Shown one piece after another: positions 1 through 12,124 of a stretch of 64,000 nucleotides of DNA. The notes beneath the pieces are model-generated. The model searched no databases and was not told the DNA's origin. It was given only the letters and a program-made list of their open reading frames with translations. The translations under genes were made by a program, and so were the position numbers. This DNA comes from Chiloscyllium plagiosum (taxonomy: Eukaryota). Position 1 is the stretch's first letter; each line of letters opens with the position of its first letter. The stretch is taken from contig NC_057718.1 of assembly GCF_004010195.1 (NCBI RefSeq), forward strand, positions 94,411,205 to 94,475,204, written 5' to 3'.

Positions 1-149
1 GTACATCCACATACTGAATCAGAAAATTGTCTTGTACACACTTAAGAAATTCCTCTCCATCTAAACCTTTAACATTATGGCAGTCCCAGTCGATGTTTGG
101 GAAGTTAAAATCCCCTACCATAACTACTCTATTATTCTTACAGATAGCT
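1..149 (-). mobile_element. CR1/HER1-like LINE fragment (endonuclease region)
   Basis: Reverse complement matches the EN region of the CR1 copy at ~22240-22390 (VMVGDFNFPNIDW motif). Confidence 0.8.
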
Positions 150-633
150 CATAGAGATGTACAGCACGGAAACAGATCCTTCGGTCCAACTTGTGCCTGC
201 CAAGTTGGATATCCCAACCCAATCTGGTCCTACCGGCCCATATCCCTCCAAATCCTTCCTATTCATATACCCATCCAAATGCCTTTTAAATGTTGTAATT
301 GTACCAGCCTCCACCACTTCCTCTGGAAGCTCATTCCACACACATACCACCCTCTGCGTGAAAAAGTTGCCCCTTAGGTCTTTTTTATACCTTTCCCCTC
401 TCACCCTAAACCAATGCCCCTTAGTTTTGGACTCCCCCACCCCAGGGAAAAGACATTGTCTATTTATCCTATCCATGCTCCTCATGATTTTATTAACCTC
501 TATAAGTTCATCCCTTAACCTCAGACGCTTCAGGGAAAACAGCCCTAGCCTATTCAACCTCTCCCTATAGCTCAAATCCTCCAACCCTGGCAACATCCTT
601 GTAAATGTTTTCTGAACCCTTTCAGGTTTTACA
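150..633 (-). mobile_element. CR1/HER1-like LINE 3' end
   Basis: ORF 138..596 encodes the CR1 RT C-terminus (LSYRERLNRLGLFSL...FFTQRVVCVWNELPEEVVEAG) followed by the typical 3' tail. Confidence 0.9.
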
Positions 634-634
634 A

Positions 635-1112
635 GGAGATTGGCTTTTTTTTGGAGAGGTCGTAAAAACAGCGATTCCGAAAAGTCTAGGTCTGGTTTTT
701 ACCAGTCTGGCTGTTCACTGAAAGCAGTCAGTTAGTTTGAAACTGCTGGTCTAAAAAATAGTTACATGGCAGAAAGTGTTACATGCTGAACCCCTCTGCC
801 ATCTCTCTCTCTTCTGTAAGACCCTGTGTTTGATTTTTCCCAATGTGCCAAGGCATGCTTATGGGAATCGTTGTAAGTTAGGATAGTCTGTTTGGTTTTC
901 AGATAAGTTAAGTTATTCTCTATTCTGTTCTCTTCTGTTTGCATTTCATTCTGTAATCTTGCAAATAAATTCTGTTTTGTTTAGAACTAAGTGGTTGGGC
1001 CAGCTGTATCCCTCCTGGAATATCCACTGTACACCTGCTTAAAATGACTAGCAAAGTTATGGTCCAGGCTACTTTCTTGATGTTTTGAGGGGTTCTGGCC
1101 TGGTCCACAACA
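635..1112 (+). mobile_element. Partial solo LTR related to the LTR at 3609-4192
   Basis: Ends ...ggcctggtccacaACA, has AATAAA at ~964, and its 3' 200 bp aligns by eye with the reverse complement of 3609-3800. Confidence 0.7.
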
Positions 1113-1206
1113 GTCTCCCTCAACCAGCTAAGTTCACCACCACCCAGATAAAATCCCTGCCCTTTGTGTTGAGTTTTAGTTGGGTATTCAACCTGGGAGG
1201 CATCAA

Positions 1207-1510
1207 AGTGATTCAGAGTCATATCGACATACAGCATGGAAACAGAGCCTTCAGTCTAATTAATCCACACCATGTTCCCAAACCAAATTAGTCACACCTG
1301 CTTGCTTTTGGCTCAAAGCACTCCAAATCTTTCCAATTCATGAACTTATTCAAATGTCTTTTAAATGTTGTAACTGTACCTCCATCACCACTCCCTCTGG
1401 CAGTTGGTTCCAGATACAAGCATCTCTCTGGGTAAAAATGTTACCCCACGTGTCCTCTTTTTAAATTTTTCTTCTTTTACCTTAAACATATGCCCACTAG
1501 TTTTGAATCC
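1207..1510 (-). mobile_element. Degenerate CR1 3' end
   Basis: Similar to 150-430 (gagtcata...acagcatggaaacag...ttttaaatgttgtaactgtacc). Confidence 0.75.
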
Positions 1511-1576
1511 CTGAACATGAGCCTCAGTTTCATCTGACATCCACACACTTACATTTCAAACTGTTCACTCAACAGT

Positions 1577-1720
1577 GATTAGATTAGATTAGATTACAGT
1601 GTGGAAACAGGCCCTTCGGCCCAACAAGTCCACACCGACCCGCCGAAGCGAAACCCACCCATACATTTACCCCTTACCTAACACTACGGGCAATTTAGTA
1701 TGGCCAATTCACCTGACCCG
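1577..1720 (-). mobile_element. HE1-like SINE, 3' portion
   Basis: (GATTA)n tail plus reverse complement of the SINE 3' half seen at 55440-55583. Confidence 0.85.
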
Positions 1721-2722
1721 TGATCAACAAGGGGGCAATATTGTATGTTTCACGATATTTCCTTGGCAAAAGAATCTTTGAAAGGAATCTAAATGAACAA
1801 AATAATTTACAACAGAGAATTACGGCACAAATGTTTTCACCATTACGTTTTCCCTTGCATTAATTTGAATTTTAATGATGTTAGTCTAGTATCTAGTCCA
1901 TTAAACTGCTGTCACTACATTGACACAATAACAATGTATTTTTAAATAAAAAAACAGGCCTTGTTTATCTAATTACAGTCGTGAATTAATTTGGAATCTG
2001 ATATGGGAGCTTTATGTGGACAGGAGTGGTATCTTAAACAGAACAGGAGAATTTTCTACGCTGGCCATATCCAGTGAGTGCAGTCAATGAGGCTGCTTTC
2101 TATCCTCCTGAAAAAAAAGCACTAACATATTGGGAAGATAATTAGCTGTCTTCTGTCAGACATCAAATAAGGCAAATGTACCCAATGTCAGTCAGAATGC
2201 ATTGATATGGAAAAATAAAGGTGTCAATAATGGTGGTTCACACCATCTTTTGTTGTCAGTGATTCAGCGGAAGAAAATATTCCTTTGTCTCACTGATGTC
2301 AACACACTGCAGAACATAAACAAGGTACATAATGGGTCTGAGAACGAATTGAATTGTTAACACCCACCAGTAAGAGGTATTATCCATGTTGAATTTATTA
2401 TTCATGTCGTACCTGATCTCCATGAAAATAACAGGAAAAATTGAAGCCATTATAATTGAATTTGCAAGGAATATATCAAATTCCCCAAGGACGTGTCAAA
2501 GCACTTGTACTTGGGGTGAGTGAGAGTGATCTGAATGGTTTGGTGCACTAGGACAGTGTGCTAATGGGAAACACCTAAAGTTATTTCACCATGATGTTAT
2601 GATTCCCATCAGTGTTATTACTGGACAAATTAGATTGCAGACCAAAACCTGGCTGCTAGTTCATATTTTGTTCTTATTTGGATTTAATAGGTGGTCTGGT
2701 CAGTGAAACAAAGCACACATGT

Positions 2723-3017
2723 GGAGTGGTACGGTGGCTCACTGATTGGCACTGCTGCCCCACAGCACCAGGGACCCAGGTTTGATTCCAGCCTCAGGTG
2801 ACAGCATTGTGTGGAGTTTGCACATTCCTTCCGTGTCTGCATGGGTTTCCTCCCACAGTCCAAAGATGTGCGGTTTAGGTGAATTGGCCATGCTAAATTG
2901 CCCATAGTGTTTAGGGATGTGTAAGTTAGGTGGATTAGTCAGGTTAAATGTAGGGGAATGGGTTTGGGTGGGTCTGTGTGGTGGGCTGAAGGGCTTATTT
3001 CCACACCGTAGGGATTC
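2723..3017 (+). mobile_element. HE1-like tRNA-derived SINE
   Basis: Degenerate A/B boxes, central tgtgtggagtttgcacatt domain, CR1-like tail. Confidence 0.85.
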
Positions 3018-3608
3018 AATGTCACATTCATGATTTTAATAATAAAAAATAAATTCTTTAAACAAAAGAAATTAGCATAAAATTAACCAAAATAATAACA
3101 TTGAACATTCATATAAAGCTTTTTAATCAACCAGAAAAAATGCAATCCTATTAATCACAACAGTATCCCCTTATTCAAATACAAGAGAGAATGCCCTTCT
3201 TTATCCCATGTAGGATTTGGCTTAGCTGTGGTTTCAATTTCCAGTTGTGAGAATCTGGTAGTTACTTCCTTGATTCACCTTACTAAGCTCAAATGTTCTC
3301 AGCTTCAAATAGCTCATCCAGGCTTTCAGCCAAATACTTCTGATCTGAAAATTTTAAACTGAACTCTTCATACTCAAGATTTAACTATTCTAAACTATCT
3401 TCTCCCTTACCCAGGAGCAATTACTTTACACTGTTATGACATGAGAAAATGCACTGATACTTGAGCCCCACTATTCCAGGAATGATTATAAAAGTTAAAG
3501 ATTTAACCAAAGTACATTAAGACCCTAATTTACTTGTCTGAAGAAAACACTGACCAGATTCCTGCACTTAACAAAAAATAGTATTCATTACAAATAATCA
3601 GTCTACCC

Positions 3609-4192
3609 TGTTATGAACCAGGCCACACCTCCTCAAAGTATTTTAAGAAGGCAGCCTAGACCGTAACTTTTTCTTGTTTTAAAGGGAGAGGTGAAGTGGA
3701 TATTCTAGAGTGATGAGCTGGTCAAACTGCTTAGCTTTAAGCAAAACAGAATTTATTTAAACAATACTGTTGAAACGCGAACAAAAGAAAACAGAATTTA
3801 GAAGAACATAACTACTGGAAAACTTAGGAGACAGTTAACTGACGCAATACAGCAACTTAACTAAGGAACTGTTCCAATCCAGTAACCTACCATAAATATA
3901 CCCCTTGGCAAAAAGTTAATTTCAAACACAGGTTCCTACAGGCAGGAAGGAACAACTTCCAGAGAGAGTTCAGAGAGAAAGGCCAGTCAAGAATCTTCAA
4001 TGAAGCTTGCAGCCTTTCAGCATCTTTTGATTGTCACAGCTAAACTCAAACTAGAAAAAAAACTTGAACTGGGAGAGCTGGCCACTACCCTGCCATTATT
4101 AAACTAGACACTTCCGCACCTTTGCCTTTACACCCTATCTAGAAAAAAACCCAAAGACAAAATAACCTTTTTAAAGTGACAGCAACATCATA
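3609..4192 (-). mobile_element. 3' LTR of Gmr1-like Gypsy element
   Basis: Minus strand: polypurine tract AAAAAGGAGGAGG (4193-4205) directly followed by the LTR, which ends ...cataACA at 3609. It lies immediately downstream of the RNase H remnant. Confidence 0.75.
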
Positions 4193-4379
4193 CCTCCTCC
4201 TTTTTAAAAAAATGAATCATCAAGATACAAAATAGTTTCATTTTAAACCCCTTAGTTTTACTTTGTTAATACACTACAATACATACATATCATCTAAGGA
4301 TGCAAACATTCATTACTACATTCTATTTCAGTCTGTTCACTCCTGCCACTGAACACCTCAACTTTTTCATCCAAGTCTT

Positions 4380-7300
4380 GACAATGCAGCAGTAATTACG
4401 ATTTCTCATCCTGCCATATGTATAATTTTCAAATTGAATGGTTGCAATAATAAGCTCCATCTAAACAGACTGATATTTTTGTCTTTAAGTATCTCCAAAA
4501 ATGTTAATGAGTTATGATCAGTGCATGTGTTTGTCTCAGACATATTACTGGCAACATGAATGTTAAAATGCTGTAACACCATTACCAATTCAAAGCCCCT
4601 TCTCTATTATCAATATTTCCATTGATGAATGTTCAATTTCCTGGAGAAATACCTTTGCATCTTCTCATTGTCTTCTTGTAAGAGTATAACACTAACACCC
4701 ACATTACTCGCATTGGTAGCCACCTTGAATGGCTTTGAATAATTAGGTTTGGCTAATATTGGGGCAGTGGTTAACACAGTTTTCAGGCTGTCAAATGCCT
4801 TCTGAAAGTTTGCCATCTACTGAAACATTCTGCATTTCTGCAGTAATTTATTGAGTGGATCAGCCACACTGTTAAAATTCAGTATAAGTTTCTGATAAAA
4901 CCCACTCATTCCCACGAATTGTCTTCATTGATGCAATGGGAAACTCTTCAATAACCTTTGTTTTCACATTCAGTGGGACCATCCATCCATGTCCAATAAC
5001 ATAGCCCAGGAATGTGACTTGGGCTTTGGCAAATTCACTCTTAGCCAGGTTTATCACCAAGCTTGCCTCCAGAAATCAATCGAATAATTCAGATAAATTC
5101 TACAAATGTTATTTTCATGTGTGACTAATAATCACCAGGTCATCGAAGTATACCATACAATTGGGTAATCCAGAAATGACTTTATTGGTTAGTCTTTGCA
5201 ATGTGGCTGGCACATTTTTTATGCCAAATGGCATGACTTTGAATTGATACAGTCCATTAGATACTACGAAAGCAGAAATTGTCTTTGCTGTTTCAGATAA
5301 GGATACCTGTCAGTATCGACAGAGTAAGATCACCTTAGAAATATATATTGCTTGTCCCACCTTCTCAATACAGTCTTCCAAACTTGGAATTGGAAATGAA
5401 TCAGACTTTGCAACTGCATTGACTTTGTGATGGTCTGCATTTCACCATTGGGTACCATCTGGTTTTGGCACCATTACAATGGATAAGCTGCAGTCACTAT
5501 AACTCACTTCAATTATGTTGTCGAGGAGCATGTGTTCACTCTCCTTTTGAACATGAGCCAATTTTAGAGGGTTAAGTCTATAAGGATGTTGCTTATTTGG
5601 AACAGCATTTCTTATATCTATGTCATGCATAATTAGATTAGTACTTCCCAGCTTATTTCCATATATCACCCCATGTAATAGTAATAATTCTTTCAGATCA
5701 TTTTGATTTTCCTCTGGAAGGTAACTCAATAATTTATCCCAAGTTTTGACAACTTCAATTTAATTTGAGGAATGTCCAATTCAGGATCCTCTGAACTTGT
5801 GTTGTAACTAGTAACACATTCTCCATTTGTTTTTTTTCTTTATCAAAATACCTTTTGTGTATATTCACGACACACTCTGTGAGATTTCTTTCTGTCTGGA
5901 GACCTTATTAAATAGTTCATCTCACTCAATCTCCTTTCAACTTAATAAGATCCACTAAACCTTACTTTTAAAGGTTCAACTATTACTGGAATTAACCCTA
6001 ACATTTTGTCTCCATTAGCAAAATTGCAAGTTTTTGATTTCTTGTCCGCTTCCTGTTTCATCATATACTGTGATTTTTAAAATGCTGTCTAGCCAATACC
6101 CCTGCTGTATTTACCCATTCCCGACAGTTTGACACATAGTCCAAATATGTCGTTTTTGAATGCTAATTTCTCCTTAATCAATTTTAGTGGTCCTCTCACT
6201 TCATGCCCAAACACTAATTCAAATGGACTAAGTTTGGTTAATTCATTTGGCACATCTCTAATGGCAAAAAGTAGAAACAGAATTCCTTTATCCCAATCAT
6301 CTGGATAGCCTTGACTATAAGCCTCTGACATGGTCTTTAATGTCAGATGCCACCTTTCTATCACTCTCTGCAATTCTGGATGGTACGCCGCAGATTTGAA
6401 TTGTTTTATTTCTAAGCTGTCCGTAACTTCCTTGAATAATTTTGACGTAAAACCTAACCCTAATCTGTTTGTATCTCTGCATGTAGTCCGAAACTAATGA
6501 AAATTTGAGCAATGCTTCCTCAATAATTTTAGTTGTGATATTGCACAATGGAATCTAATGGAACATCCATTATTGTTAATAAATATGACATCCCACTATT
6601 TGTTTTAGATTGGGATTCTATGCAATCAATTAAGACTCTTGTAAAAGGTTCCTCAATTGCAAGAATGGGTATTGAAGGTGCTAGTATTATTACTGCCTGC
6701 GGTTTTCCAATTACCTGATAGGTATGCCATGTCTGACAATATTCAATTACATCCTTATGCAGTCCAGGTGAGTAAAAATGTTTATGTATTTTTGTTTGAG
6801 CCTCCATTACCCTGTAATGACCTTCTACTGGTAATTCATGTGCTACCCACAATACCCCATTTCTATAACGCACTGGCAATACAATTTGATGAATGTCTGC
6901 CCATTTTTCATCTGCCTGAATTTGTGATGGTCTCCATTTCCTCATCAAGACATCATTTTTAAGATAGTAGCATTCAGGAATACACTCAGATTCTTCATTC
7001 GTGTACACTTTTTGATACAATTGCTTCAGTTTTTCATCTTTCTGTTGTAACTTGGTTAATTCCTTTAATCTAAAAATATCCATTTTGTCCTCCACCTGTT
7101 CCTGTTTTGTCTCAACCATTTGATCAAACATGGTTTCTGATAATTCCACGTCAACTTCCTTATCTGCATGCTTCAATTTTTCCTCCTGCTTCAACTGGTG
7201 ACTTTGTGACCTTGTTACCACATGGTCAGGAAAAATCCAAGGATATACTTCATGTAATACTTCAGTTGCTTGATCTTCCACTGTCTTCTCAACCACAGTA

Positions 7301-7860
7301 AACAACACTTCTATCTGAGATTCAGCTATATAGTAACCAAGACAAATTGTACTCCTGGGAGCTGAGAGCTCTTCCAGTATTCCTATCACCACTTCTCTAC
7401 TTTTCATTGGACACTCTAACCTGGGCGGCACAGTGGTGAGCACTGCTTCCACACACTGCCAGGGTCCCATGTTCAATTCCCACCTCGGGCAACTGTCTGC
7501 GTGGGTTTCCTGCCTTAATTCAAAGATGTACAGGTCAGGTGAATTGGCCATCCTAGATTGCCTATAGTGTAGGATGCATTAGTCAGAGGTAAATACAGGT
7601 TAGGGGAATGGGTCTGGGTGGGTTACTTTTCGGAGGGTTGGTGTGGACTTGTTAGGCTGAATGGCCCGTTTCCATAGTATAGGAAATTTAACCTCACTCT
7701 AGATAATGGAGCACTTCTTACCTCAACAAATTCAACATATGAGCTCTTTTTCTGGCACCAGTTCTTCTGAGTTACATATCTCCTCATCTCTCAAAATCAA
7801 AGATTGACATAATCCCGTATTTCTTAGTACTGTAACTTCTTTACCTGCTGCTCCTGGCCT
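4380..7860 (-). mobile_element. Decayed Gmr1-like Ty3/Gypsy pol (PR-IN-RT-RH order)
   Basis: Minus-strand fragments in order: protease-like region (~7300-7830), integrase zinc-binding domain and core (AHELPVEGH...PFTRVLIDC...ERWHLTLKTM...SPFELVFG, ~6090-6850), RT (QHPYRLNP, IVMVPKPDG, INLAKSEFAKAQVTFLGYVIG, ~4870-5730), RNase H (PFKVATNAS, TDHNSL, RWSLLLQPF, ~4400-4816). Many stops and frameshifts. Confidence 0.85.
7423..7690 (+). mobile_element. HE1-like SINE inserted in the Gypsy pol
   Basis: Starts gggcggcacagtgg, B box gttcaattcc, short taacct flanking repeat. Confidence 0.85.
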
Positions 7861-8138
7861 ATGCAAGTAAGCTTTACAAAAACTCATCCATTCCTAAAAA
7901 TCTAATTTCTCATTTACTTTTAGGAACAGGGAAGGCTATTGAAGACTCCACACTCACTGTTTGTGTCAGCACTATACATGTTCTATGATATGTTCAAGGT
8001 AAGTTACTCTTGCTTTCACAAATTCACTTTTGCCCATATTTGTTACTAAGCCATCAAAATATAGTTCTTTAAAAAGATCTTATACTTGTCTCACAGGCTT
8101 CTATGTGTTATATATTATGACATCAGTGTAACAAACTA

Positions 8139-8354
8139 CAAGTCCTTCTGTTAGAACACGCGTTTCATTAACACAAATTCCCTGTACCGTGATTGATAAT
8201 TTGGGGATAATGTTTCTAAAGCACGAACTTTCAAAATGTGTGCTAGCTATAACACAATTATATCATTAATATTTTAAGTGCTGTTTTTAAAGCACAATTT
8301 TTATATAATGTGGTGTTGCACAAGAACACAAACATTGCATTGTAGAACTATTTG
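8139..8354 (-). mobile_element. Tigger/pogo-like MITE
   Basis: Reverse-complement homologue of 61798-62016, flanked by TA at 8137-8138 and 8355-8356. Confidence 0.7.
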
Positions 8355-8654
8355 TACGCAGTTACTTACCTCACCTACAATTTGATTCCTAATTCTTTGG
8401 AGTATAGCTGGGTGTTATTTAACTCAAATAACATGAGGCAGAGTTGACATAACCCATTTGATGTGACAAACTGAATATCTCTTTAACATCTGATCTTAAT
8501 ACCATTTGCCTGTACTCGAGTAGATCAATTTTATAAGTGAATTAGGCACAGTCTTTTCACGTAGTCTTTCAATAAAGAAAGACTTTCAGTGCTATGTTTA
8601 CCTTTCTGTAGTCTATACAGAATCTAGTTGATCCATCCAGTTTAGGAACTAACA

Positions 8655-8943
8655 GGGTGGCATGGTGACTTAGTAGTTAACACTGCTGCCTCACAGCACC
8701 TGGTTCAATCCCAGCCTTGGGCGACTGTCTGTGTGGAGTTTGCACATTCTCTGAGTGCCTGCATGGTCTTCCTCCCACAGTCCAAAAACGTGCAGTCCAG
8801 GTGAATTGTCTATGCTAAATTGCCCATAGTGTTAGGTACATTAGTCAGAGGGAAATGGGGCTGGGTGGGTTATTCTTTGGAGGGTTGGTGTGGACTTGTT
8901 AGGCTGAAGGGCCTGTTTCCACACTGTGGGGAATCTAATCTAA
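8655..8943 (+). mobile_element. HE1-like SINE
   Basis: A/B box remnants, central domain, taatc tail. Confidence 0.85.
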
Positions 8944-9116
8944 CACTACTAGTAAACTTCAGCTGCTTTGATTAGGTTTAAACAAGCAATTTTCCATCAT
9001 GTATTGAATCCCTGTTTCTCTTGCACTTATTTTCTGTGCTAAACCAACAAGAATGCTGTTTTTATCCGAACTGATTCTACTTGCGCCAAGTTAATATAGT
9101 ATATCCAATGGTACGT

Positions 9117-9608
9117 AGCTGGAAAAGCACAGCCGGTCAGGTAGCATTCAAGGAGCAGAAGAATCGATGTTTTGGGCATAACCTCTTCATCAGGAATGTG
9201 GTGTGGGAGAGAACGGGGCTAATAGATAAATTGGGGGAAGTTGCTGGGAAGACCGCAGGTAGATGCAGGGCGGTAGTGATGGTGATAGATTGGAGCAGAG
9301 GGTGGAGCATTTAGATGGGAAGGAAGACAGACAGGTAGGACAGTTCAAGAGGGTGGTGCTGAGTTTGAGCGTTGGATCTGGGATGGGGGGGGCGGGGGGT
9401 TGGAAGATGTGGAGACTGGTGAAATCGACGTGAGGCTGTGTGGTTGAAGGGTTCCAAGGCGGAAGATGAGCATTCTTCTTCCAGGCATCAGGTGGCTAGG
9501 ATTTGGCAGTGGAGGTCGCCCAGGACTTGCATGTCCTTAGTGAAGTAGGAGGAGGAGTTGATGTGGTCGGCCACATTGGTGCGTGAGATCTGAAGATGTT
9601 CTCTGAAG
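9117..9608 (-). mobile_element. Penelope-like element 3' fragment with degenerate hammerhead motif
   Basis: Similar to 46630-46915. Minus strand at ~9160-9195 reads CTGATGAagaggttatgcccAAAAC (GAAA mutated). Confidence 0.75.
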
Positions 9609-10355
9609 CATATATTCAGCAGCATCTCTACATAGTTCCCAAGTAGTCATTTATAAGATCCCCTGTTTTCCTTCCTCTAAATAGGAGAACACCATGTCCA
9701 TCTGTCCCAGAATGTGTTAGCTAATCAAATTGTAGGTTCATTTTGACAACTGTCTACCTCTTCTTGTACTTCACTCTTATTGTCTCCGAGACCCTCCACT
9801 GCTCTCATGACCTGACATATTTCCTCGTCCATATCCTCTTCCCTGCAATGATACCATGTCAACATGCTTATGTCACTTGCTGCATTACCCTATACTATAA
9901 CAATAAGTACACTTCTAAATTACTGCACTGCCTGTAACATGCGTCAGGACATCCTGACAACGTATAAGGCCATAAATCAATATGTTCTTTCTTTAAACAC
10001 ATTTGGAATAGCAAAAGTTTTGCTTCACATTTTTTTCATTGCCTCTTCTTCAAAGATTCCTATAAAATTCCACTTAGGCATTCTTTCTGACATCTTCATT
10101 TTTGGCTTAAAAGTTTTGATTTTCCTATTATTTTTAATATTCTACAGCATGAAAACACAGGAAATTACTGACTGTCTATGAAGAAGGTATCAATACATTA
10201 TGTAATCCAAATGTACAAAATGTTGAGACACTTAGCAAAATGCCACATACTTCAGCATTTAGCAATTTTTCTGCAGACCTGGAAATATTCTAGATTTCAC
10301 AATTGAAAAAAAAAACAAAAAGGTTTGTTTTAAAAAAAAAATGACTTCAAATATC

Positions 10356-10361
10356 TTTATT
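10356..10361 (-). terminator. Candidate THBD polyadenylation signal AATAAA
   Basis: TTTATT on plus at the end of an AU-rich tract, ~1.77 kb downstream of the THBD stop and just before transposon-derived DNA begins. Confidence 0.5.
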
Positions 10362-12124
10362 TTTAAAATAGTATGCAATATAATTCAGTCCAAAAAAGAC
10401 ATTTTCAGTTTCTGTATCCTGACAAAAAAGCATACAAATGTTAAAAAAACATTTTAAATGAGTATACAGATATTTTAAAAATGTAATAAATATAAATATA
10501 CAAGTTTTCATCTTCTCATTCCCTTCATAAAAACATGCAATTAGCAACTGGAAAACGCAAGTTTAAAGTAAAGTAATGTCTGAATGGTGACATATGTGAT
10601 TTCACACAAACAAATGAATTTCATGTCATTTGGATGATAAGTTCAAATAACTAATCTTTAGCGGACAACATTGAAAAATATCTTGTTGATTAAAACAGTG
10701 GTTCCCAATTTTATTTGTTGAAATACCTGTTTTCACAAGGATTACTAAATCATCCACATCTCTACAATACTATAGAATTGAGGTGCTTCATAGAGAGATT
10801 TACAAGACTTTTTAAAAAGAAAACAGCTATTTGCTCATGAATATCAGTTAGGCGGTGTGCCTGATTGTCAGTGAAGGTACTGTTTACTCCCAACAGGAAC
10901 CCAAAGAGAATGGGAGGCGTGCATTATGAATATGACTGGTGAGAACAGAGCACAGAAATCAGTACAAAGCAGGGGAGTCAGCAGAAGCAATGGGGAAGCA
11001 CAGGAATGAAGCAAGTGTACACTGCAGTGACAGCAGGAGCGTGCAGATTGTAGAGCACAGAAGAAAAAGGAGAATTGGAGAATGGAAAAAGCACAAGAGG
11101 ACACAGAGGGTGCGGGAGCACAGAAAACACATTTGTGGGGTAGTCAGATAGCGGGAGCATAAGCCTAGAGGAAGAAAAGGTGTCGAGGAAGCGGGGGTAA
11201 CCAGGGAGCATAGGCCATGAAGGAGAAACAGCACAGATAATACATTAGCGAATTAGTCAGACAGCTGGAGCATGAACAGTGGTGGTGAGGGTGAAGACTG
11301 ATCTTGCCTCCAACCACTGCTCACTCACTTACTGGGACAATCTCAGTCTAGGCAATTACCAGTGGGTCAGCCTGGCATTGCCACCCCTCGGCAAGTCCCT
11401 GTGAACACCCAGCACTCCACATATTCCAGTATGAGAACCACTGAATTAAATTCTGATATCCAGTCCTTTCACTCAAATCGCCAATAGTGCAACTCAGTCC
11501 CTACTCTTACTTAACAGGATCATTCTTAATAGTCCCCCCTCAGAACTGCTTCGGTAAACATCACCTGACTTAGTTTGACTTCAACTGGCCATCTTGATCT
11601 TTGGCTCAGCCATTGTATGGCAGCTACATGCTTTCTTTAATTTCTGCAGGTAGATCTCACCCAATTCGGACAGATGATTACAATTCCAAAACAATTCATC
11701 TGCCATTCTAAGCATGCAGACCTTCCTTCGTGAAATGAACTAGTTTATATCATTCTTAGTACAATGGCGTTTCCTTAGTTCTTGATTTAGTTTATCCTGA
11801 TTGCCCTTAAACCTGTAACAAAAGCTGTCAACTAGGAGAAAATGCAGTCTTGAGTCAGAAGCTGGCTTCTGCAAATTGGCCCAGCTTCGTCGTTATGGTT
11901 GTAGCTCACATAGGTACCTTATTGTGAAAGCAAGCTGATCTTTGGCCAAAGAGTATCCATGAGGAATGTTGGGTGAAGCTATTCTTTTTAGGAAACGCAT
12001 GAGTGTTCACACACTCCCCAGCTTTGCATTGTTCTAAACTCAAATTAGTTTGGTTTTGTTAATTCCCCCACCCCAATATAATCATCATATAACAGTTTGT
12101 TCTTCCAATTTAAAGTTCAGCTCT

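Larger units (their letters stand above)
7880..10180 (-). mobile_element. Second decayed Gypsy (probably Gmr1-like) fragment, integrase C-terminus to RT, interrupted by MITE, SINE and Penelope pieces
   Basis: Minus strand ~8000-8050 reads LVTNMGKSEFVKARVTY, like the RT motif at ~5010-5060. 8360-8650 resembles the RT at 5150-5480. Confidence 0.6.
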
